This document shows positions 39,714 through 48,823 of a DNA stretch of 54,216 nt, one piece after another. The number at the start of each line of letters is the position of its first letter. The first letter of the stretch is position 1. Made by a program: the position numbers and the translations under genes. The DNA is from Candidatus Brocadiia bacterium (GTDB lineage Bacteria > Planctomycetota > PUPC01). The notes under the pieces are model-generated. The model saw only the letters and a list, made by a program, of their open reading frames with translations. It was not told the origin of the DNA and ran no database searches. The stretch is from NCBI GenBank assembly GCA_030605345.1, contig JAUWIN010000004.1, forward strand, positions 1 to 54,216, written 5' to 3'.

Positions 39714-41573
39714 CTACTCGTAGTCCGGGTCGAACCGTAGCACTGTCTCGAAGGCTTCTTTCGCCCGATCCACTTCGCCGAGTTTGAGCAAGCTTCTCCC
39801 CAGGAGGAGGTGCCCCACAGGTTTCGAAAAATCGACGCCCACTGCTTTTAGTGCGGCTTCGGCGGCGTCCTTGTACTGCCTCACCTGATGCAACACGGTC
39901 GCCAGTGCAAGATGCGCCGGGAGGAAATGCGGGTCGATCCTGATTGCGCGGCGCAGTGCAGAAATCGCCTCCCGTGGTTGGCGCGCCTGACGATACATCT
40001 CAGCCAGATAATAGAACAGTCTGGGCAGTGGCGGATTCCCCGCGGCGGCTTCCTTAAACAGGCTCAGGGCCTCGCCGAGGTCTCCTTGATCCTGGGCGAT
40101 TGCGCCGGCCACAAACTTGCCGATCGGCGCGTCACGATGAGCCTCGGCGAACGGCTCCATCACGGCCAGTGCTTCGTCTGTCAACCCGTTGATATACAGA
40201 GCCTCGGCCACCGTCAACCCGATGTCCCACCGCAGCGGGTTGGTGTAGTACAGCCGGGTCAACAGCGGCAGGGCCAGTGCCGGACGAGAGGAATTCAGAT
40301 AGGTCTGCGCCAGGTTCCAGTCGTTCTCCGTTTGCGTCCTCAGAGCTGCCTTGTCGGCGTATACTGCAGCGAAGCCTATTCGGTCCATCCACGGAACCCG
40401 TTGTGGCGGCTCGACAGCGCTGGGCCGTTCGGGCGAGATGGTGTCCCAAGAATCAACGGTCTCCGCCGAAGGTAAGGGACAAGCGAAGGCGTCCTCCAGG
40501 GCACGCCCGTCCATGTCGTTCGCCAGCGGGAGCCCACACAAGCGCAGAATGGTCGGACAGATGTCAAACACCCTGGCGCCATGAATGAGTTCATCCTCAC
40601 GAACCCCGCTCGCCCGGAAGGCAAAAATGCCCTGCCCACGGTAGAACGACTCCTTCGGCCGTGAGTGGTTCAGAAAAGCCGCCCGAGGAACTTGATGATG
40701 AGGAACATATCCCCGCGGGGAATACAGCAGGACTGCGGCCCCTTCGCCGGCCAGCTCAATAAGGCGGCCAAGAAGCAAATCACACAGGCGAATAGCACTG
40801 ATCCCCACCTCGTTGAACAGTTCAAATTCACGCTTGTCCACCCAGTCCAGGCGGGGACGATGGTATTCCAGGAACCTCAGCCACAGCAGGTCAATCGCCG
40901 GATAATTGACCGATGTTACGTCCCATTCGGTGTTCTCCATCAGGAAGGTGACGACCGCGTGCACCGACAGGGTCTCGGCCAGGACGCGCGCAATCACCCC
41001 TAACCGCCAATCCCTGGGCTCGATCTCCTTCAACCGCGGTACGAAGAGTGCCATCGTATGGGGGTCGATGTCCTCGAGCGAGACAATGAACTTTTTCAGG
41101 GGACTAAGCTGGTCGTCCGGAAAAACGCTGTCATCAGGAACATCAAAGGTGGTTCTCCAATTTGGCGGTAGCTTCTGGAAAAAGGCGGGACCGACAAATG
41201 TGCCGTTTATTTGCTCCGCCGGGCCGGTGGTCGGGAAATTGACCACGTTGCAGCGGCGGTGGTTCTGCGAGAGAATGTCCCAGAATGCTTTGGCCCGACG
41301 TGACAGATTGCTGACCTGTCCTACCGTGCCGTCCGGACGGACCTCCTGAGTCCCCAGGACGCCGTGCTTGTCGGCATATTTGCCGGTCGCCAGGGAGTTG
41401 TACACTATGGGGGCAAGTAGTGGACGGGGCGCGAACAGCTCGCCCATCACGCCGTGTTCGATAAATTGGCTGAGGTTGCGCAGTTCTCCGGCGTCGAGCA
41501 GCGGGTTGATAATGTCCCAACTCGCCCCGTCCCAGCCGACAAGCACAATTTTGTTACGCTTGCTCTGGTCCAT
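39714..41573 (-). CDS. N-terminal AlkP/NPP-superfamily-like plus TPR part of protein B
   Basis: VLVGWDGASW, SLATGKYADKHG and DICPTIL...DMDGR, followed by TPRs. It ends at an in-frame TAG at the end of the last TPR. Confidence 0.8.
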   Translation of the reverse strand: MDQSKRNKIVLVGWDGASWDIINPLLDAGELRNLSQFIEHGVMGELFAPRPLLAPIVYNSLATGKYADKHGVLGTQEVRPDGTVGQVSNLSRRAKAFWDILSQNHRRCNVVNFPTTGPAEQINGTFVGPAFFQKLPPNWRTTFDVPDDSVFPDDQLSPLKKFIVSLEDIDPHTMALFVPRLKEIEPRDWRLGVIARVLAETLSVHAVVTFLMENTEWDVTSVNYPAIDLLWLRFLEYHRPRLDWVDKREFELFNEVGISAIRLCDLLLGRLIELAGEGAAVLLYSPRGYVPHHQVPRAAFLNHSRPKESFYRGQGIFAFRASGVREDELIHGARVFDICPTILRLCGLPLANDMDGRALEDAFACPLPSAETVDSWDTISPERPSAVEPPQRVPWMDRIGFAAVYADKAALRTQTENDWNLAQTYLNSSRPALALPLLTRLYYTNPLRWDIGLTVAEALYINGLTDEALAVMEPFAEAHRDAPIGKFVAGAIAQDQGDLGEALSLFKEAAAGNPPLPRLFYYLAEMYRQARQPREAISALRRAIRIDPHFLPAHLALATVLHQVRQYKDAAEAALKAVGVDFSKPVGHLLLGRSLLKLGEVDRAKEAFETVLRFDPDYE

Positions 41574-41738
41574 AGGTAACATTTCACCCGTCCGTAACGA
41601 GCAGGTCAAGAGGTCTTGGCAAGTTTTGCGAGATCTGAGCCTGGCGCCAGAGGCCCGGCATTGTGGACGCGCAGATACGTTGCCCGCACACTTTTCCCTG
41701 TGATGCTATTGCACTCCTCTCCGAAGGCGCAGATGACC

Positions 41739-43025
41739 CTACGATTCCCTCGGGCCGGGGCGTGGCCAGGGCACGACCAGATCCAATCCCATGGTCCACG
41801 TTCGGGTGATTTCCTCCGCGCCGGTCCGACGGCCGATCCGGATCATGTCGGGAAAGACGCTTTCGTCGGCATAGACAACGATTGACCGCAGTCCACTATC
41901 GTAACCGGCCTTGGCACCATAGCCAATAAGCATCGGCGTCGCCCAGCCGGTCTGATATTCCGGCAATACGGCAAGACGCGGTGAAATCCACGCTTCGCCC
42001 TGCACGTAGCCCGTGTAGGCCGCGATGATCTCGTCACCACGCCGGATGACCAGGGACAGCCGTTCATCCAAATCCAGGCGCCTGGGCCCAATGCCATCGT
42101 CAAAGAAGCGGCGGAAGAATCGTTCGACCTTGTACATGTGCACTTCCCGAAGCGAAACAACCTGAACGTCGTCCGGAATTGCTTGCCGCCGCTTGTATCG
42201 CTCGACGACCCTTAGACACCGGTCGCGTGTCGCAAGCATGTCCATCTGAATCACGGTTTCGCGTTTCTTGACCCTGAACCCCAGTTGCTCGAGACCCTCT
42301 GCCAAGTGTTCGCGCCCTTGCGGCGAAAGATTGTATGAGACCGTGCTCACTCCTCCCGCGGCGGCGCGAGCCACCCCAGCGCTAATCAGCAGCCACCACA
42401 GGGCCTCCTCATCCAAGCCAGCGGCGGCCGCCGCGGCGACAGACACCGGGTGTGCCGCGAGCCCGACGCGCTTCCCAGCATTATCGCTCATGCGCAGAGA
42501 CACAGCGCCGAGCAGTCGATTTTCTCCGGCCTGGTGAAGGACGAAGACATCGTGGCGATGATGCTCAGCCAGCACTGGTACGGTCAGTGGCCCTAACTGA
42601 GCCAGGTCGGCTGGCATCACAGGTCGTACCACAGCGTCTGCATCCTTCAGCACCGGAATACGCACGGTGCTCGGTGCGGCGCGGGGTGTCTCTCCGTTCT
42701 GGTGTGCGAGTTGGCTGGCGTTCTCGGCGAGATATGCGTCTAACTGTTCATCCGCTTGCTGGAAGCAGCGAATGTAGTGATTGGCCCAGGACATGACCTC
42801 TTGACGGGAGCGATGGACCCTCGGAAGCAGCTCATCTACATCCCGGCGGGGCAGCGCCACAGGCGCTTCCTCATCTTCGTCGATAGCTCTCGGTTCGTCG
42901 CCGGCTTGCAGGGCTTCCAGTCGCGCTTTGGCCGACTCCAGGTTGCTGCTGAAACGAAGGGCGTTTGCGTAGGCCTCTTTAGCTCGCTCCAGATCGCCGA
43001 GTAGTTCCAGACACGTGCCCAGCAA
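41739..43025 (-). CDS. C-terminal TPR plus tandem GNAT-like part of AlkP-TPR-GNAT protein A
   Basis: Begins mid-TPR; VVRPVMPADL and PRLAVLPEYQTGWA; in frame with 43044..44804 across a single TAA. Confidence 0.7.
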   Translation of the reverse strand: MLGTCLELLGDLERAKEAYANALRFSSNLESAKARLEALQAGDEPRAIDEDEEAPVALPRRDVDELLPRVHRSRQEVMSWANHYIRCFQQADEQLDAYLAENASQLAHQNGETPRAAPSTVRIPVLKDADAVVRPVMPADLAQLGPLTVPVLAEHHRHDVFVLHQAGENRLLGAVSLRMSDNAGKRVGLAAHPVSVAAAAAAGLDEEALWWLLISAGVARAAAGGVSTVSYNLSPQGREHLAEGLEQLGFRVKKRETVIQMDMLATRDRCLRVVERYKRRQAIPDDVQVVSLREVHMYKVERFFRRFFDDGIGPRRLDLDERLSLVIRRGDEIIAAYTGYVQGEAWISPRLAVLPEYQTGWATPMLIGYGAKAGYDSGLRSIVVYADESVFPDMIRIGRRTGAEEITRTWTMGLDLVVPWPRPGPRES

Positions 43026-43043
43026 GTAGTGGGCTGGCGCATA

Positions 43044-44804
43044 TTAGAACTCGACCGTCAAGGCCTTGAGCGCTTGCTGGGTAGCAGCTTCGTAGTCCCC
43101 GGTTTTTCGGTGCACCAGGGTCAGTCCAAGGTAGCCCAGGATATAGTTCGCATCGACCTTGACGGCCCGGCGGTGGCACTCCAGGGCGCGGTCCAAATCT
43201 CCCGTACGGCGGTAGACTTCACCCAGGCGGAAATACAGTTGCGGAATCGGAGGGTTGTCCTCCGCCGCCTCCTCGAATAAGCCCAGCGCCTCGGAATCTC
43301 GGCCCTCATATTGCGCTATCATGGCGGCCATGAACTTCCCGGTAGGTCTCTGCCCGTGAACGGCTACGTAGTTCCGCATGACGGTTACAGCCTGCTCGAC
43401 GAGCCCATTTACGTATAGCGCGTCTGCGACCAATGGCACCATGTCCGTCCAGAATGCGCAGGTGTAATACAACCGCGTCAAGAGCGGCACGGCAAGGTCG
43501 GGACGCGACGAATCGAGGTCGGCCTCGGCTTGGTTCCAGTCGTTCTGTACCTGCACCAACAGTGGCGGTCGATGGGCATAAGCCGAGGTAAAGCAGATCA
43601 TCTCGGTCCAAGGGATTGGGCGCATGTCCGCAGGCAACTCTGGCCGTGTAGGTGGGCAAGTCTCCCAGGTCTTGATTGCCTTTGCCTGTGATAACGGTTG
43701 GGTGAACGCGTCCGCCAGGACGCGCCCGTCCATGTCCTTCGGTACGTCAACGCCACACAAGCGCAACACCGTCGGACAGACATCGACTTCCCGGACCCCC
43801 TGAATCAGCTCACCCTGACGCGTGCCATCGGCGCGTATGACGAAGATTCCTTGCGGCCGATGCTGCTCGGCCTCGGAGTGAGGCCCGGGCGACACGGTGC
43901 CTCGGGGCACCTGATGATGCGCCACGTAGGCCCGCGGCGAATACACTATCACGGTCGCATTCTCGCCGGCCAGTTGCAGCAAACGACCCAAGAGCAGATC
44001 GCAAAGCCGGACCGAACTGTTGACCACGTTGCTGAACAGATTGAATTCCGCTTCATCCACCCAGTCCAGGCGAGGCGGATGGTAACGAAGAAAGCCCCGG
44101 GAAAGGACCTCGATGGCCGGGTAATTGACGCTCATGACGCGCCACTCGGCCCTCTCCATCAGCCAGGTCGCCACAGCATGCACCGAGAGCGTGTGCGCCA
44201 GCCCCCTGGCCACCTGCGCCAAGCGCTTGTCCCGAGGCGGCAATTCGCGCATGCGCGGCACGAACAGTCCGACGGTGGGCGGGTCCAGGTCTTCCAGAGA
44301 AACGATGAACTCCTGAAGCGTCGACGCCAGATCAGCTGGAGAGACACTGTCCTCAGGCACATGCACCGGGCTCCAACTGCTGGCTCGCGGTGGCCCAAAG
44401 AATCCGCAACTGACAAAGGTGCCGTTGGTCTGCTCGGCCGGTTCGGGCGTCGGGAAATGGACCACGTTACAGCTAACGCCTTTTTGTGACAGGACTTCCC
44501 AGAACGCCTTCGCGCGGCGCGATTGGCTGGTGATGGGTCGCACAGACCGACCGTGGTCATATACCTCATGAGTGCCGAAGATGCCGTGCTTGCTCGGGTA
44601 CTTACCCGTCGCCACGGACGTGTAGACCATCGGCTCCATCAGGGGCCGGCTTGAGGTCATCCCTCCCATCGCTCCAGTTTTAATGAGCCCGGCGAGATTC
44701 GGTAACTCGCCGCCGTCCAGCAGGGGCGTGATCACGTCCCAACCGGCTGCATTCCAGCCAACCAGCAGGACCTTCGAGGTCGTCGGGTTTCTCATGAGCG
44801 CCAT
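43044..44804 (-). CDS. N-terminal AlkP/NPP-superfamily-like plus TPR part of protein A
   Basis: LLVGWNAAGW, TSVATGKYPSKHG and DVCPTVL...DMDGR, followed by TPRs; colinear paralog of 39714..41573. Confidence 0.8.
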   Translation of the reverse strand: MALMRNPTTSKVLLVGWNAAGWDVITPLLDGGELPNLAGLIKTGAMGGMTSSRPLMEPMVYTSVATGKYPSKHGIFGTHEVYDHGRSVRPITSQSRRAKAFWEVLSQKGVSCNVVHFPTPEPAEQTNGTFVSCGFFGPPRASSWSPVHVPEDSVSPADLASTLQEFIVSLEDLDPPTVGLFVPRMRELPPRDKRLAQVARGLAHTLSVHAVATWLMERAEWRVMSVNYPAIEVLSRGFLRYHPPRLDWVDEAEFNLFSNVVNSSVRLCDLLLGRLLQLAGENATVIVYSPRAYVAHHQVPRGTVSPGPHSEAEQHRPQGIFVIRADGTRQGELIQGVREVDVCPTVLRLCGVDVPKDMDGRVLADAFTQPLSQAKAIKTWETCPPTRPELPADMRPIPWTEMICFTSAYAHRPPLLVQVQNDWNQAEADLDSSRPDLAVPLLTRLYYTCAFWTDMVPLVADALYVNGLVEQAVTVMRNYVAVHGQRPTGKFMAAMIAQYEGRDSEALGLFEEAAEDNPPIPQLYFRLGEVYRRTGDLDRALECHRRAVKVDANYILGYLGLTLVHRKTGDYEAATQQALKALTVEF

Positions 44805-44978
44805 ACTCCTACACGGGGCGGGCTCGGCATGCTTCCGCCGACGTGGATAGCATCGGCATCAAACACCCCTCGCTTAAAGGAATTATCCTAATTGACACGC
44901 ACAAGACCTGACCTTCACTGTCACGGCGACGATTAGCTCGCTTGTTGACGAAGTCCGCTGAGCGCGGCCGCCACCTGC

Positions 44979-46997
44979 TCACGCGCCTCGCCGCTTGTGA
45001 AGCTCTGCCCAGTCGTTTGTGAAGCTCTTGAATATGACCGGAAGCAGCAGGTTCGGCTCCAGCGTATAGCGAAGGACATCATACAAGAAGACATTGGGAC
45101 TGTCACTTGAGCTCCGCAACCGAAACCGGCGATAGCCCAGGTCGTAGACGCGCTTCAGCTCCGCGGTGGCGAAATTGCACGACCGAAAATCGGCCGCCAA
45201 CGTCGCCCTCGGTGCCGGCGACCCGCGCTGACCGGCGTCCGCCGCGCCGCCCAAAGCAGAATCCTCGTTGATCAGCATCTCGATTCGGTCACGGTCAAGC
45301 TGCTCCAACAACTCGTCGTCGAGTCCGTCTTCGGGACACAGGACGACCGTGTCGAACCGTTCGGTCATGGCCTTGTAATCGTCCGCTTGCCCACAACCGC
45401 CTTCCGTCGCCGTCCTGACCACGGAGGCCGTGAGCTTCAGTTCCGGATGGCCAGACCGAATGTGATCGGCCAGCAAATCGCTCGCCAAGATGCACCCATT
45501 GAGCGCCCGTCCGTTGTCCAGAATCTCCAAAATCCGATTGCACGTCTCGTCGGCAAGATCACCCGGCACCAGCCGATGGCTCTTGAAAACGCAATAAACG
45601 CCGATGCCCAGGTCATTGAAACGCCCAACCGTCTCAGCCCACGCATCAAAGTTGACCTTGCGTACTTGCGGCCGGGGCAGCCCGTTCCAAGACACACTAA
45701 GCCCGCCGCACACCCCGTCAATGTTCAGGTGACACTCGAACCGATCCGTCAACACGGCAAGAACGTCACGCAGCAGGCGTCCGTGAACCGATAAACCGCC
45801 AATCCTCCAACGAGCGTCCGGCCAAAGAGGATGTCGAGCACCCTCCCCTGTCGGCAGCCGATGTCCGACCACGGCGGGGACCTCCACCACCATCGGTCGA
45901 ACTACCACCGAATCGGCTCGACGCCCCTCATCGTTGTCGAGAACAACACCATCTGGCGAGCCAGCCTCCTGGCACGCGGCGTGAATCTTCCTCACCGCTT
46001 CGCCCGCACGCTGCCCGGCCTGACCCGAAACGAAGGACTTGAAGATGACGGGCGCCAGGATTTCCGGCTCGACCGCAAACCGAAGCAGGTCGAACAAAAA
46101 TGTCGCCGGCATGTTCTGCCGGCCCTGCAGCTTGAATCGACGGTAGCCCATCTCGTAAACCCGCAGCATCTCTGCGGTGCTGAAGTTGCAGGACCGCACA
46201 GCCGATGTAACCCTTCGCAACGGCATCCGGCAATGGCGTCGTTCCATCAACGTGTAGGGGTTGTCGTCGGAGTCAACGGGCGCGGCCTTCAACACCGTTG
46301 CCATCACCTCGTAGTCCTTCACGCGGTTCGGGCATCGAAAGGCACAGTCCTCATTGACCAGGATCTCTATCTTGTCCCGGTCGAGCTGATCCAGCAAGTC
46401 GTACTTAAACCCGTCGTCGGGATGAAGCATGACGCTGTCGAACCGTTGCAGTACCGATCGGTAGTAGCCAAGATTGCCGCGCCCTTCTTCTTCAGTAACC
46501 TTGATTATCGAGGCGGTCAGCTTGAGACCCGGGTGCCGCCTGCGAACGTAGTCATACAGCAGGTAACTGGCCAGGATCACCCCGTTCAGGCCCCGGCCGT
46601 TGTCGATCGCCTCCAACAAAAGGTTGCACGCCCGATTCTCCAGATCGCTCTTCTCCAGCAGATGATTGGTGAATGTGTAGAGCACCCCGATCCCCACGTC
46701 GTTGAATGTCCCGCCCATTGCCCCCAGAGCCTGCTCTGTTGGTACCGGCACGATACTGAAGCGCCCGCAGTTCCACGGAACCTGAGGAGAGCCATGAATC
46801 GCGTCGAAATTGAGACGGCAGCCAAATCGTTCCTGCAGGACGCTGAACACCTGGAGGATTAAGCGGTCATGCCCGAACAGGCCGGTCAGATTCCAGTGCG
46901 CCTCCGGCCACAGAGGATTCCTCGCTGCCAATCCGAATGGCAGCGCACACTTCATCATGGGTGCGTCCCTTCTCAACACGTAGTCTCCAAGCCGCAT
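44979..46997 (-). CDS. Tandem two-domain protein, peptidase U32-like (putative Fe-S TIM barrel)
   Basis: Internal duplication (PLWPEAHW/PLWPDARW, LDNGR.LNG.ILAS, LKLTAS, QLDRD.IE.L.NED, RSCNF, GYRRF). Domain 1 has CAFRC and FKLQGR (compare U32 KIEGR). Confidence 0.6.
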   Translation of the reverse strand: MRLGDYVLRRDAPMMKCALPFGLAARNPLWPEAHWNLTGLFGHDRLILQVFSVLQERFGCRLNFDAIHGSPQVPWNCGRFSIVPVPTEQALGAMGGTFNDVGIGVLYTFTNHLLEKSDLENRACNLLLEAIDNGRGLNGVILASYLLYDYVRRRHPGLKLTASIIKVTEEEGRGNLGYYRSVLQRFDSVMLHPDDGFKYDLLDQLDRDKIEILVNEDCAFRCPNRVKDYEVMATVLKAAPVDSDDNPYTLMERRHCRMPLRRVTSAVRSCNFSTAEMLRVYEMGYRRFKLQGRQNMPATFLFDLLRFAVEPEILAPVIFKSFVSGQAGQRAGEAVRKIHAACQEAGSPDGVVLDNDEGRRADSVVVRPMVVEVPAVVGHRLPTGEGARHPLWPDARWRIGGLSVHGRLLRDVLAVLTDRFECHLNIDGVCGGLSVSWNGLPRPQVRKVNFDAWAETVGRFNDLGIGVYCVFKSHRLVPGDLADETCNRILEILDNGRALNGCILASDLLADHIRSGHPELKLTASVVRTATEGGCGQADDYKAMTERFDTVVLCPEDGLDDELLEQLDRDRIEMLINEDSALGGAADAGQRGSPAPRATLAADFRSCNFATAELKRVYDLGYRRFRLRSSSDSPNVFLYDVLRYTLEPNLLLPVIFKSFTNDWAELHKRRGA

Positions 46998-47472
46998 TCA
47001 GCTTTAGGTAAGATTCTAACGCGGTGCCAGCTTGGAAGCAAACGACAACCAGGCGCATCGTGCGCCGGACCGGATTGAGGCCAAGCTTGACGATGGCCCC
47101 TGTTGACTCCAAACCCAGAGGCAGGAACCTCATACCTTCAGCAAGTGTTCCGGAAGCTGAAACTTGCGCCAGGATCTGGACGCCAGATGAAAGACTGCTG
47201 AGCCCAATCACGATTGGTCGAGTTCACCAGGGAGTTCAGGGCAGGTCACGCATCGTGAGCGATGCGCGAAGATAACCACGCCACAGCGTTCAACCCCCCA
47301 CGGACTTGGTTCCGCGAATCCGACTTGGGCCTGTTGGACAGTTGTCTGCAGCGATGCCACAGCAGGCTCAGTACGCACAACCCCGCTGCGTTAGAGGCTG
47401 CCGGGTCCGTGACCATCCGACCCTCCCGTCGTCGGAGCAGGTCGCCGAATTCCCGGTGCCATCAAGACCGAT

Positions 47473-47508
47473 GACGCTGGGGAGGACGTCAAGGGCCGCC
47501 CCAGCGTT
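47473..47508 (-). terminator. Hairpin immediately after the PEP-CTERM gene
   Basis: ACGCTGGGG...CCCCAGCGT stem; no U tract. Confidence 0.4.
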
Positions 47509-47516
47509 ACTCAGGT

Positions 47517-48409
47517 TCATCCGCGCTTTTTCCGGCGTGCTGCCAGGCCAACACCCGTAAGGAACAGTACCAAGACCTGGGGCTCTGGGACCAGCGCACC
47601 GTCATGCCCGCCCTCTGACGAAACGAACAGCGAATAAGGCTCCCACCACGGCGTGAGGCCGATCTCGCCAACGTCCACCCAACCGCTGATGAGCCAGCCA
47701 GCCGATCCGTCGGGCATCGTCTCGGCTCCCAGGATACCTCGCTGCTGCCTGTGACCTCGGTGTCAAAGTCCTTTATCCGCGTCATGTAGCTGTTGACCTG
47801 GTCGTCGCCGTCCTGGTCATCGGGGTAGTACCACCTGTCGGCGGTTTTCATAACCTGCTGATAAGTTTCGAATGTGGCGGTCGCAGGCACGGCGTCCGTG
47901 TACAGGTCGCCCTTGGTGACACTGGACCAGGTCTCTCCTGGATATTTCTGCGTCACGACGTTGGCGTGGTCGGTAAGAGCGATGGCGTGCCTCTGGACGT
48001 CCGGCCCGGTCTCCGCAAAGGGGTCCGGTGACCCGACAGTGATCCACAAGTCGCCGGGGCTCATGTTTACGGGGTCGACGTCGGCGTAAGAATCCAGTGC
48101 CATGACCCCGCTTTCTGGCATGCTTGTCAAGATCTTGAAGTAGAGCTTGTCGCTGGTGAGTTTGGTGCCCATCTCCCAAATCTCAAAATCAGCCTCGTCG
48201 GCGGTATCGCCAGGCTTGACAGCCGCATCGCCAATGAAGCTCTCGTCCTGTGTGTAGTAATCCAGAACGAACCAGTACCCCGCTTCATATCTGTAGCCGC
48301 CGGGTAAATTGGGATCCCGTGGCGGACTGTACCCTGAAGCGATTGGACACAATCCCGCGAGACTAATTGCCACGATTGCTAAAATACAGGTCCTCATAGT
48401 GGTCCTCAT
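47517..48409 (-). CDS. PEP-CTERM protein with a single-base frameshift near 47725
   Basis: The signal peptide and body (PGDLWI) are in ORF 47507..48409. The tail LVPEPQVLVLFLTGVGLAARRKKRG is in the shifted ORF 47517..47717. Confidence 0.82.
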
Positions 48410-48567
48410 TATTGTAACCTCCTAAATGTGCCGCAGGCGTAAGGCCTTGCGAAAGTAACAGTGGAACCGGACACCACCGAACCTACCAGCTACCGAAGCT
48501 GTGATGCTCGGCCCTCCGGCCCAGCACTGGCCCCGAGCAGCGTCCGTCTCGGGAGAACCAGTCTCCC

Positions 48568-48606
48568 TTGCGTGTCTCAACTCATAGGCATTACCCCTTT
48601 CATTCA
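48568..48606 (-). repeat. Intergenic leader element, diverged copy D
   Basis: GAATGAAAGGGGTAATGCCTATGAGTTGAGACACGCAA aligns with the core of copies A-C. Confidence 0.6.
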
Positions 48607-48699
48607 CTGCGGTGGGAGACCAGACGGCTGACCCCGCCCTCCCAACTCTGGCTGCTATGGCGCAGTCGTCGGCTGCTGAGCGCGCCTGCGTCCCGACTG

Positions 48700-48787
48700 G
48701 CCGGAAATGCTCCGGCGGTTGATTTGCGAGTTGCCGGATGCTGTGAAATTGTGCCGGTTCGTGCTTACGAATGCTTCTCCCTGCCAT
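48700..48787 (-). pseudogene. Degenerate paralog of the small zinc-ribbon ORF 34902..35090
   Basis: MAGRSIRKHEPAQFHSIRQLANQPP aligns with MAPRRICKHERARFHSIQRLGNQPP. The Cys ligands are lost and similarity stops after QPP. Confidence 0.65.
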
Positions 48788-48823
48788 CTTCCCTCCGTTT
48801 CACAACTTATCAGTTGCTTTACC

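Noticed and set aside
39714-43046. Pyrrolysine, selenocysteine or an alternative genetic code explaining the in-frame stops
   Set aside because: One stop is TAA, all three stop codons end normal genes in this window, and no pyl or sel genes are visible.
46867-47211. 114-aa ORF between the PEP-CTERM gene and the U32-like gene
   Set aside because: It overlaps the U32-like gene start and has no RBS or recognisable motif.
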